Assembly: GCF_009914755.1 (NCBI RefSeq)
Contig: NC_060925.1
DNA: 64,000 nt
Source of the DNA: the human T2T-CHM13v2.0 reference genome, Homo sapiens
Strand: one strand, 5' to 3'
Of this stretch, positions 14,101 through 28,000 are shown piece by piece (positions within the stretch are counted from its first letter, which is position 1; every line of letters begins with the position of its first letter). Below the pieces are notes generated by a model that did not search any database, had not been told where the DNA came from, and saw only the letters and a program-made list of their open reading frames with translations. A program made the position numbers and the translations under genes.

Positions 14101-17100
14101 TCGAAAGCAATCATCATCGAATGGAATCGAATGGAATCATCGAATGGACTCGAATGGAATAATCATTGAACGGAATCGAATGGAATCATCATCGGATGGA
14201 AACGAATGGAATCATCATCGAATGGAAATGAAAGGAGTCATCATCTAATGGAATTGCATGGAATCATCATCAAATGGAATCGAATGGAATCAACATCAAA
14301 TGGAATCAAATGGAATCATTGAACGGAATTGAATGGAATCGTCATCGAATGAATTGAATGCAATCATCGAATGGTCTCGAATGGAATCTTCTTCAAATGG
14401 AATGGAATGGAATCATCGCATAGAATCGAATGGAATTATCATCGAATGGAATCGAATGGTATCAACATCAAACGGAAAAAAAAGGAATTATCGAATGGAA
14501 TCGAAGAGAATCTTCGAACGGACCCGAATGGAATCATCTAATGGAATGGAATGGAATAATCCATGGACTCGAATGCAATCATCATCGAATGGAATCGAAT
14601 GGAATCATTGAAAGGACTCGAATGGAATAATCATTGAACGGAATCGAATGGAATCATCATGGGATGGAAATGAATGGAATCATCATCGAATGGAATCGAA
14701 TAGAATTATGGAATGAAATCCAGTGTGATCATCATCGAATGGACCCGAATGGAGTCATCATCCAACGGAAGCTAATGGAATCAACATCGAATGAATCGAA
14801 TGGAAACACCATCGAATTGAAACGAATGGAATTACCATGAAATTGAAATGGATGGACTCATCATCGAATGGATTCGAATGGAATCATCGAATAAAATTGA
14901 TTGAAATCATCATCGAAAGGAATCGAATGGTATCATTGAATGGAATCGAATGGAATCATCATCAGATGGAAATGAATGGAATCGTCATAGAATGGGATCG
15001 AATGGATTCATTGAATGGAATCAGATGGAATCATCGAATGGACTGGAATGGAATCATTGAATGGACTCGAAAGGGATCATTATTGAATGGAATTGAATGG
15101 AATCATCGAATGGTCTCGATTGGAATCATTATCAAATGGAATCGAATGGAATCACCGAATAGAATCGAATGGAACAATCATCGAATGGACTCAAATGGAA
15201 TTATCCTCAAATGGAATCGAATGGAATTATCGAATGCAATCGAATGGAATTATCGAATGCAATCGAATAGAATCATCGAATGGACTCGAATGGAATCATC
15301 GAATGGAGTGGAATGGAACAGTCAATGAACTCGAATGGAATCATCATTGAATGGAATCGAATGGAATCATCGAGTGGAATCGAATGGAATTATGATCAAA
15401 TGGAATCGAATGTAATCATCATCAAATGGAATCAAAAATAACCATCATCAATTGGTATTGAATGGAATTGTCATCAAATGGAATTTAAAGGAATCATCAT
15501 CAAATGGAACCGAATGGAATCCTCATTGAATGGAAATGAAAGGGGTCATCATGTAATGGAATCGCATGGAATCATCATCAAATGGAATCGAATGGAATCA
15601 TCATCAAATGGAATCTAATGGAATCATTGAAAGAATTGAATGGAATCATCATCGAATGAATTGAATGCAATCATCGAATGGTCTCGAATGGAATCATCTT
15701 CTAATGGAAAGGAATGGAATCATCGCATAGAATCGAATGGAATTATCATCGAATGGAATCGAATGGTATCAACACCAAACGGAAAAAAACGGAATTATCG
15801 AATGGAATCGAAGAGAATCATCGAATGGACCCGAATGGAATCATCTAATGGAATGGAATGGAATAATCCATGGACTCGAATGCAATCATCATCGAATGGA
15901 ATCGAATGGAATCATCGAATGCACTCGAATGGAATAATCATTGAAAGGAATCGAATGGAATCATCATCGGATGGAAACGAATGGAATCATCATCGAATGG
16001 AATCGAATAGAATTATGGAATGAAATCCAGTGTGATCATCATCGAATTGACCCGAATGGAATCATCATCCAACGGAAGCTAATGGAATCAACATCGAATG
16101 AATCAAATGGAAACACCATCGAATTGAAACGAATGGAATTACCATGAAATTGAAATGGATGGACTCATCATCAAATGGATTCGAATGGAATCATCGAATA
16201 AAATTGATTGAAATCATCATCGAATGGAATCGAATGGTATCATTGAATGGAATCGAATGGAATCATCATCAGATGGAAATGAATGGAATCGTCATAGAAT
16301 GGAATCGAATGGATTCATTGAATGGAATCAGATGGAATCATTGAATGGACTGGAATGGAATCATTGAATGGACTCGAAAGGGATCATGATTGAATGGAAT
16401 TGAATGGAATCATCGAATGGTCTCGATTGGAATCATTATCAAATGGAATCGAATGGAATCACTGAATAGAATCGAATGGAACAATCATCGAATGGACTCA
16501 AATGGAATTATCCTCCAATGGAATCGAATGGAATTATCGAATGCAATCGAATGGAATTATCGAATGCAATCGAATAAAATCATCGAATGGACTCGAATGG
16601 AATCATCGAATGGAATGGAATGGAACAGTCAATGAACTCGAATGGAATCATCATTGAATGGAATCATCGAGTGGAATCGAAAGGAATTATGATCAAATGG
16701 AATCGAACGTAATCATCATCAAATGGAATCAAAAATAACCATCATCAATTGGTATTGAATGGAATTGTCATCAAATGGAATTCATAGGAATCATCATCAA
16801 ATGGAACCGAATGGAATCCTCATTGAATGCAAATGAAAGGGGTCATCATCTAATGGAATCGCATGGAATCATCATCAAATGGAATCGAATGGAATCATCA
16901 TCAAATGGAATCTAATGGAATCATTGAAAAGAATTGAATGGAATCGTCATCGAATGAATTTAATGCAATCATCGAATGGTCTCGAATGGAATCATCTTCT
17001 AATGGAAAGGACTGGAATCATCGCATAGAATCGAATGGAATTATCATCGAATGGAATCGAATGGTATCAACACCAAACGGAAAAAAACGGAATTATCGAA

Positions 17101-17640
17101 TGGAATCGAAGAGAATCTTCGAACGGACCCGAATGGAATCATCTAATGGAATGGAATGGAATAATCCATGGACTCGAATGCAATCATCATCGAATGGAAT
17201 CGAATGGAATCATCGAATGGACTCGAATGGAATAATCATTGAAAGGAATCGAATGGAATCATCATCGGATGGAAACGAATGGAATCATCATCGAATGGAA
17301 ATGAAAGGAGTCATCATCTAATGGAATTGCATGGAATCATCATAAAATGGAATCGAATGGAATCAACATCAAATGGAATCAAATGGAATCATTGAACGGA
17401 ATTGAATGGAATCGTCATCGAATGAATTGAATGCAATCATCGAATGGTCTCGAATGGAATCATCTTCAAATGGAATGGAATGGAATCATCGCATAGAATC
17501 GAATGGAATTATCATCGAATGGAATCGAATGGAATCAACATCAAACGGAAAAAAACGGAATTATCGAATGGAATCGAAGAGAATCATCGAATGGACCCGA
17601 ATGGAATCATCTAATGGAATGGAATGGAATAATCCATGGA
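10220..17640 (+). repeat. 3541-bp tandem duplication (1307-bp + 2234-bp variant monomers), ~2.1 copies
   Basis: Matching variant ORFs at 10324/13865, 10792/14333, 11296/14837, 12099/15640, 12603/16144 and 13397/16938, all offset by 3541. Confidence 0.9.
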
Positions 17641-18399
17641 CTCGAATGCAATCATCATCGAATGGAATCGAATGGAATCATCGAATGGACTCGAATGGAA
17701 TAATCATTGAACGGAATCGAATGGAATCATCATCGGATGGAAATGAATGGAATCATCATCGAATGGAATCGAATAGAATTATGGAATGAAATCCAGTGTG
17801 ATCATCATCGAATGGACCCGAATGGAATCATCATCCAACGGAAGCTAATGGAATCAACATCGAATGAATCGAATGGAAACACCATCGAATTGAAACGAAT
17901 GGAATTATCATGAAATTGAAATGGATGGACTCATCATCGAATGGATTCGAATGGAATCATCGAATAAAATTGATTGAAATCATCATCGAATGGTATCGAA
18001 TGGTATCATTGAATGGAATCGAATGGAATCATCATCAGATGGAAATGAATGGAATCGTCATAGAATGGAATCGAATGGATTCATTGAATGGAATCAGATG
18101 GAATCATCGAATGGACTGGAATGGAATCATTGAATGGACTCGAAAGGGATCATTATTGAATGGAATTGAATGGAATCATCGAATGGTCTCGATTGGAATC
18201 ATTATCAAATGGAATCGAATGGAATCACCGAATAGAATCGAATGGAACAATCATCGAATGGACTCAAATGGAATTATCCTCAAATGGAATCGAATGGAAT
18301 TATCGAATGCAATCGAATGGAATTATCGAATGCAATCGAATAGAATCATCGAATGGACTCGAATGGAATCATCGAATGGAATGGAATGGAACAGTCAAT

Positions 18400-21300
18400 G
18401 AACTCGAATGGAATCATCATTGAATGGAATCGAATGGAATCATCGAGTGGAATCGAATGGAATTATGATCAAATGGAATCGAATGTAATCATCATCAAAT
18501 GGAATCAAAAATAACCATCATCAATTGGTATTGAATGGAAATGTCATCAAATGGAATTCAAAGGAATCATCATCAAATGGAACTGAATGGAATCCTCATT
18601 GAATGGAAATGAAAGGGGTCATCATCTAATGGAATCGCATGGAATCATCATCAAATGGAATCGAATGGAATCATCATCAAATGGAATCTGATGGAATCAT
18701 TGAACAGAATTGAATGGAATCGTCATCGAATGAATTGAATGCAATCATCGAATGGTCTCGAATGTAATCACATTCTAATGGAAAGGAATGGAATCATCGC
18801 ATAGAATCGAATGGAATTAACATTGAATGGACTCGAATGGAATCAACATCAAACGGAATCAAGCGGAATTATCGAATGGAATCGAAGAGAATCATCGAAT
18901 GGTCTCGAATGGAATCATCTTCTAATGGAAAGGAATGGAATCATCGCATAGAATCGAATGGAATTAACATTGAATGGACTCGAATGGAATCAACATCAAA
19001 TGGAATCAAGCGGAATTATCGAATGAAATCGAAGAGAATCATCGAATGGACTCGAATGGAATCATCTAATGGAATGGAATGGAATAATCCACGGACTCGA
19101 ATGCAATAATCATCGTTTAGTATCGAATGGAATCATCGAAAGGACTCGAATGGAATAACCATTGAACGGAGTCGAATGGAATCATCATCGAATGGAAACG
19201 AATGGAATCATCATCGAATGGAAATGAAAGGAGTCATCATCTAATGGAATTGCATGGAATCATCATAAAATGGAATCGAATGGAATCATCATCAAATGGA
19301 ATCAAATGGAATCATTGAACGGAATTGAATGGAATCGTCATCGAATGAATTGAATGCAATCATCGAATGGTCTCGAATGGAATCATCTTCAAATGGAATG
19401 GAATGGAATCATCGCATAGAATCGAATGGAATTATCATCGAATGGAATCGAATGGTATCAACATCAAACGGAAAAAAACGGAATTATCGAATGGAATCGA
19501 AGAGAATCTTCGAACGGACCCGAATGGAATCATCTAATGGAATGGAATGGAATAATCCATGGACCCGAATGCAATCATCATCGAATGGAATCGAATGGAA
19601 TCATTGAAAGGACTCGAATGGAATAACCATTGAACGGAATCGAATGGAATCATCATCGGATGGAAATGAATGGAATCATCATCGAATGGAATCGAATAGA
19701 ATTAAGGAATGAAATCCAGTGTGATCATCATCGAATGGACCCGAATGGAATCATCATCCAACGGAAGCTAATGGAATCAACATCGAATGAATCGAATGGA
19801 AACACCATCGAATTGAAACGAATGGAATTACCATGAAATTGAAATGGATGGACTCATCATCGAATGGATTCGAATGGAATCATCGAATAAAATTGATTGA
19901 AATCATCATCGAATGGAATCGAATGGTATCATTGAATGGAATCGAATGGAATCATCATCAGATGGAAATGAATGGAATCGTCATAGAATGGAATCGAATG
20001 GATTCATTGAATGGAATCAGATGGAATCATCGAATGGACTGGAATGGAATCATTGAATGGACTCGAAAGGGATCATTATTGAATGGAATTGAATGGAATC
20101 ATCGAATGGTCTCGATTGGAATCATTATCAAATGGAATCGAATGGAATCACCGAATAGAATCGAATGGAACAATCATCGAATGGACTCAAATGGAATTAT
20201 CCTCAAATGGAATCGAATGGAAATATCGAATGGAATTATCGAATGCAATCGAATGGAATTATCGAATGCAATCGAATAGAATCATCGAATGGACTCGAAT
20301 GGAATCATCGAATGGAATGGAATGGAACAGTCAATGAACTCGAATGGAATCATCATTGAATGGAATCGAATGGAATCATCGAGTGGAATCGAATGGAATT
20401 ATGATCAAATGGAATCGAATGTAATCATCATCAAATGGAATCAAAAATAACCATCATCAATTGGTATTGAATGGAATTGTCATCAAATGGAATTTAAAGG
20501 AATCATCATCAAATGGAACCGAATGGAATCCTCATTGAATGGAAATGAAAGGGGTCATCATCTAATGGAATCGCATGGAATCATCATCAAATGGAATCGA
20601 ATGGAATCATCATCAAATGGAATCCAATGGAATCATTGAAAGAATTGAATGGAATGGTCATCGAATGAATTGAATGCAATCATCGAATGGTCTCGAATGC
20701 AATCATCTTCTAATGGAAAGGAATGGAATCATCGCATAGAATCGAATGGAATTATCATCGAATGGAATCGAATGGTATCAACACCAAACGGAAAAAAACG
20801 GAATTATCGAATGGAATCGAAGAGAATCTTCGAACGGACCCGAATGGAATCATCTAATGGAATGGAATGGAATAATCCATGGACTCGAATGCAATCATCA
20901 TCGAATGGAATCGAATGGAATCATCGAATGGACTCGAATGGAATAATCATTGAACGGAATCGAATGGAATCATCATCGGATGGAAACGAATGGAATCATC
21001 ATCGAATGGAAATGAAAGGAGTCATCATCTAATGGAATTGCATGGAATCATCATCAAATGGAATCGAATGGAATCAACATCAAATGGAATCAAATGGAAT
21101 CATTGAACGGAATTGAATGGAATCGTCATCGAATGAATTGAATGCAATCATCGAATGGTCTCGAATGGAATCATCTTCAAATGGAATGGAATGGAATCAT
21201 CGCATAGAATCGAATGGAATTATCATCGAATGGAATCGAATGGAATCAACATCAAACGGAAAAAAACGGAATTATCGAATGGAATCGAAGAGAATCATCG

Positions 21301-24300
21301 AATGGACCCGAATGGAATCATCTAATGGAATGGAATGGAATAATCCATGGACTCGAATGCAATCATCATCGAATGGAATCGAATGGAATCATTGAAAGGA
21401 CTCGAATGGAATAACCATTGAACAGAATCGAATGGAATCATCATCGAATGGAATCGAATAGAATTATGGAATGAAATCCAGTGTGATCATCATCGAATGG
21501 ACCCGAATGGAATCATCATCCAACGGAAGCTAATGGAATCAACATCGAATGAATCGAATGGAAACACCATCGAATTGAAACGAATGGAATTATCATGAAA
21601 TTGAAATGGATGGACTCATCATCGAATGGATTCGAATGGAATCATCGAATAAAATTGATTGAAATCATCATCGAATGGAATCGAATGGTATCATTGAATG
21701 GAATCGAATGGAATCATCATCAGATGGAAATGAATGGAATCGTCATAGAATGGAATCGAATGGATTCATTGAATGGAATCAGATGGAATCATTGAATGGA
21801 CTGGAATGGAATCATTGAATGGACTCGAAAGGGATCATTATTGAATGGAATTGAATGGAATCATCGAATGGTCTCGATTGGAATCATTATCAAATGGAAT
21901 CGAATGGAATCACCGAATAGAATCGAATGGAACAATCATCGAATGGACTCCAATGGAATTATCCTCAAATGGAATCGAATGGAATTATCGAATGCAATCG
22001 AATGGAATTCTCGAATGCAATCGAATAGAATCATCGAATGGACTCGAATGGAATCATCGAATGGAATGGAATGGAACAGTCAATGAACTCGAATGGAATC
22101 ATCATTGAATGGAATCGAACGGAATCATCGAGTGGAATCGAATGGAATTATGATCAAATGGAATCGAATGTAATCATCATCAAATGGAATCAAAAATAAC
22201 CATCATCAATTGGTATTGAATGGAATTGTCATCAAATGGAATTTAAAGGAATCATCATCAAATGGAACCGAATGGAATCCTCATTGAATGGAAATGAAAG
22301 GGGTCATCATCTAATGGAATCGCATGGAATCATCATCAAATGGAATCGAATGGAATCATCATCAAATGGAATCTAATGGAATCATTGAAAGAATTGAATG
22401 GAATCATCATCGAATTAATTGAATGCAATCATCGAATGGTCTCGAATGGAATCATCTTCTAATGGAAAGGAATGGAATCATCGCATAGAATCGAATGGAA
22501 TTATCATCGAATGGAATCGAATGGTATCAACACCAAACGGAAAAAAACGGAATTATCGAATGGAATCGAAGAGAATCTTCGAACGGACCCGAATGGAATC
22601 ATCTAATGGAATGGAATGGAATAATCCATGGACTCGAATGCAATCATCATCGAATGGAATCGAATGGAATCATCCAATGGACTCGAATGGAATAATCATT
22701 GAACGGAATCGAATGGAATCATCATCGGATGGAAACGAATGGAATCATCATCGAATGGAAATGAAAGGAGTCATCATCTAATGGAATTGCATGGAATCAT
22801 CATCAAATGGAATCGAATGGAATCAACATCAAATGGAATCAAATGGAATCATTGAACGGAATTGAATGGAATCGTCATCGAATGAATTGAATGCAATCAT
22901 CGAATGGTGTCGAATGGAATCATCTTCAAATGGAATGGAATGGAATCATCGCATAGAATCGAATGGAATTATCATCGAATGGAATCGAATGGAATCAACA
23001 ACAAACGGAAAAAAACGGAATTATCGAATGGAATCGAAGAGAATCATCGAATGGACCCGAATGGAATCATCTAATGGAATGGAATGGAATAATCCATGGA
23101 CTCGAATGCAATCATCATCGAATGCAATCGAATGGAATCATCGAATGGACTCGAATGGAATAATCATTGAACGGAATCGAATGGAATCATCATCGGATGG
23201 AAACGAATGGAATCATCATCGAATGGAATCGAATAGAATTATGGAATGAAATCCAGTGTGATCATCATCGAATGGACCCGAATGGAATCATCATCCAACG
23301 GAAGCTAATGGAATCAACATCGAATGAATCGAAAGGAAACACCATCGAATTGAAACGAATGGAATTACCATGAAATTGAAATGGATGGACTCATCATCAA
23401 ATGGATTCGAGTGGAATCATCGAATAAAATTGATTGAAATCATCATCGAATGGTATCGAATGGTATCATTGAATGGAATCGAATGGAATCATCATCAGAT
23501 GGAAATGAATGGAATCGTCATAGAATGGGATCGAATGGATTCATTGAATGGAATCAGATGGAATCATTGAATGGACTGGAATGGAATCATTGAATGGACT
23601 CGAAAGGGATCATTATTGAATGGAATTGAATGGAATCATCGAATGGTCTCGATAGGAATCATTATCAAATGGAATCGAATGGAATCACCGAATAGAATCG
23701 AATGGAACAATCATCGAATGGACTCAAATGGAATTATCCTCTAATGGAATCGAATGGAATTATCGAATGTAATCGAATGGAATTATCGAATGCAATCGAA
23801 TAGAATCATCGAATGGACTCGAATGGAATCATCGAATGGAATGGAATGGAACAGTCAATGAACTCGAATGGAATCATCATTGAATGGAATCGAATGGAAT
23901 CATCGAGTGGAATCGAATGTAATCATCATCAAATGGAATCAAAAATAACCATCATCAAATGGAATCAAAAATAACCATCATCAATTGGTGTTGAATGGAA
24001 TTCTCATCAAATGGAATTCAAAGAAATCATCATCAAATGGAACCGAATGGAATCCTCATTGAATGGAAATGAAAGGGGTCATCATCTAATGGAATCGCAT
24101 GGAATCATCATAAAATGGAATCGAATTGAATCAACATCAAATGGAATCAAATGGAATCATTGAACGGAATTGAATGGAATCGTCATCGAAAGAATTGAAT
24201 GCAATCATCGAATGGTCTCGAATGGAATCATCTTCAAATGGAATGGAATGGAATCATCGCATAGAATCGAAAGGAATTATCATCGAATGGAATCGAATGG

Positions 24301-27300
24301 AATCAACACCAAACGGAAAAAAACGGAATTATCGAATGGAATCGAAGAGAATCATCGAATGGACCCGAATGGAATCATCTAATGGAATGGAATGGAATAA
24401 TCCATGGACTCGAATGCAATCATCATCGAATGCAATCGAATGGAATCATCGAATGGACTCGAATGGAATAATCATTGAACGGAATCGAATGGAATCATCA
24501 TCGGATGGAAACGAATGGAATCATCATCGAATGGAATCGAATAGAATTATGGAATGAAATCCAGTGTGATCATCTTCGAATGGACCCGAATGGAATCATC
24601 ATCCAACGGAAGCTAATGGAATCAACATCGAATGAATCGAAAGGAAACACCATCGAATTGAAACGAATGGAATTACCATGAAATTGAAATGGATGGACTC
24701 ATCATCAAATGGATTCGTATGGAATCATCGAATAAAATTGATTGAAATCATCATCGAATGGAATCGAATGGTATCATTGAATGGAATCGAATGGAATCAT
24801 CATCAGATGGAAATGAATGGAATCGTCATAGAATGGGATCGAATGGATTCATTGAATGGAATCAGATGGAATCATTGAATGGACTGGAATGGAATCATTG
24901 AATGGACTCGAAAGGGATCATTATTGAATGGAATTGAATGGAATCATCGAATGGTCTCGATAGGAATCATTATCAAATGGAATCGAATGGAATCACCGAA
25001 TAGAATCGAATGGAACAATCATCGAATGGACTCAAATGGAATTATCCTCAAATGGAATCGAATGGAATTATCGAATGTAATCGAATGGAATTATCGAATG
25101 CAATCGAATAGAATCATCGAATGGACTCGAATGGAATCATCGAATGGAATGGAATGGAACAGTCAATGAACTCGAATGGAATCATCATTGAATGGAATCG
25201 AATGGAATCATCGAGTGGAATCGAATGGAATTATGATCAAATGGAATCGAATGTAATCATCATCAAATGGAATCAAAAATAACCATCATCAATTGGTATT
25301 GAATGGAAATGTCATCAAATGGAATTCAAAGGAATCATCATCAAATGGAACTGAATGGAATCCTCATTGAATGGAAATGAAAGGGGTCATCATCTAATGG
25401 AATCGCATGGAATCATCATCAAATGGAATCGAATGGAATCATCATCAAATGGAATCTGATGGAATCATTGAACAGAATTGAATGGAATCGTCATCGAATG
25501 AATTGAATGCAATCATCGAATGGTCTCGAATGTAATCACATTCTAATGGAAAGGAATGGAATCATCGCATAGAATCGAATGGAATTAACATTGAATGGAC
25601 TCGAATGGAATCAACATCAAATGGAATCAAGCGGAATTATCGAATGAAATCGAAGAGAATCATCGAATGGACTCGAATGGAATCATCTAATGGAATGGAA
25701 TGGAATAATCCACGGACTCGAATGCAATAATCATCGTTTAGTATCGAATGGAATCATCGAAAGGACTCGAATGGAATAACCATTGAACGGAATCGAATGG
25801 AATCATCATCGGATGGAAACGAATGGAATCATCATCGAATGGAAATGAAAGGAGTCATCATCTAATGGAATTGCATGGAATCATCATCAAATGGAATCGA
25901 ATGGAATCATCATCAAATGGAATCAAATGGAATCATTGAACGGAATTGAATGGAATCGTCATCGAATGAATTGAATGCAATCATCGAATGGTCTCGAATG
26001 GAATCATCTTCAAATGGAATGGAATGGAATCATCGCATAGAATCGAATGGAATTATCATCGAATGGAATCGAATGGTATCAACATCAAACGGAAAAAAAC
26101 GGAATTATCGAATGGAATCAAAGAGAATCTTCGAACGGACCCGAATGGAATCATCTAATGGAATGGAATGGAATAATCCATGGACCCGAATGCAATCATC
26201 ATCGAATGGAATCGAATGGAATCATTGAAAGGACTCGAATGGAATAACCATTGAACGGAATCGAATGGAATCATCATCGGATGGAAATGAATGGAATCAT
26301 CATCGAATGGAATCGAATAGAATTAAGGAATGAAATCCAGTGTGATCATCATCGAATGGACCCGAATGGAATCATCATCCAACGGAAGCTAATGGAATCA
26401 ACATCGAATGAATCGAATGGAAACACCATCGAATTGAAACGAATGGAATACCATGAAATTGAAATGGATGGACTCATCATCGAATGGATTCGAATGGAAT
26501 CATCGAATAAAATTGATTGAAATCATCATCGAATGGAATCGAATGGTATCATTGAATGGAATCGAATGGAATCATCATCAGATGGAAATGAATGGAATCG
26601 TCATAGAATGGAATCGAATGGATTCATTGAATGGAATCAGATGGAATCATCGAATGGACTGGAATGGAATCATTGAATGGACTCGAAAGGGATCATTATT
26701 GAATGGAATTGAATGGAATCATCGAATGGTCTCGATTGGAATCATTATCAAATGGAATCGAATGGAATCACCGAATAGAATCGAATGGAACAATCATCGA
26801 ATGGACTCAAATGGAATTATCCTCAAATGGAATCGAATGGAAATATCGAATGGAATTATCGAATGCAATCGAATGGAATTATCGAATGCAATCGAATAGA
26901 ATCATCGAATGGACTCGAATGGAATCATCGAATGGAATGGAATGGAATGGAACAGTCAATGAACTCGAATGGAATCATCATTGAATGGAATCGAATGGAA
27001 TCATCGAGTGGAATCGAATGGAATTATGATCAAATGGAATCGAATGTAATCATCATCAAATGGAATCAAAAATAACCATCATCAATTGGTATTGAATGGA
27101 ATTGTCATCAAATGGAATTTAAAGGAATCATCATCAAATGGAACCGAATGGAATCCTCATTGAATGGAAATGAAAGGGGTCATCATCTAATGGAATCGCA
27201 TGGAATCATCATCAAATGGAATCGAATGGAATCATCATCAAATGGAATCCAATGGAATCATTGAAAGAATTGAATGGAATGGTCATCGAATGAATTGAAT

Positions 27301-28000
27301 GCAATCATCGAATGGTCTCGAATGGAATCATCTTCTAATGGAAAGGAATGGAATCATCGCATAGAATCGAATGGAATTATCATCGAATGGAATCGAATGG
27401 TATCAACACCAAACGGAAAAAAACGGAATTATCGAATGGAATCGAAGAGAATCTTCGAACGGACCCGAATGGAATCATCTAATGGAATGGAATGGAATAA
27501 TCCATGGACTCGAATGCAATCATCATCGAATGGAATCGAATGGAATCATCGAATGGACTCGAATGGAATAATCATTGAACGGAATCGAATGGAATCATCA
27601 TCGGATGGAAACGAATGGAATCATCATCGAATGGAAATGAAAGGAGTCATCATCTAATGGAATTGCATGGAATCATCATCAAATGGAATCGAATGGAATC
27701 AACATCAAATGGAATCAAATGGAATCATTGAACGGAATTGAATGGAATCGTCATCGAATGAATTGAATGCAATCATCGAATGGTCTCGAAAGGAATCATC
27801 TTCAAATGGAATGGAATGGAATCATCGCATAGAATCGAATGGAATTATCATCGAATGGAATCGAATGGAATCAACATCAAACGGAAAAAAACGGAATTAT
27901 CGAATGGAATCGAAGAGAATCATCGAATGGACCCGAATGGAATCATCTAATGGAATGGAATGGAATAATCCATGGACTCGAATGCAATCATCATCGAATG
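18400..28000 (+). repeat. Duplicated ~3-kb segment at ~6.62-kb offset (~18400-21380 vs ~25170-28000)
   Basis: Matching starts at 19329/25950, 19833/26453 and 20649/27274. Shared private variants: ggaaatgtcatc, catcgtttagtatcg, gaattaaggaatg, 13-bp insertion aaatatcgaatgg, ggaatggtcatcg. Confidence 0.8.

Noticed and set aside
18751-18897. Duplication length of 147 bp equals the nucleosome core length
   Set aside because: It is fully explained by the spacing of two microhomologous motifs in the unit, and it is a single ancestral event, so there is no evidence for nucleosome involvement.
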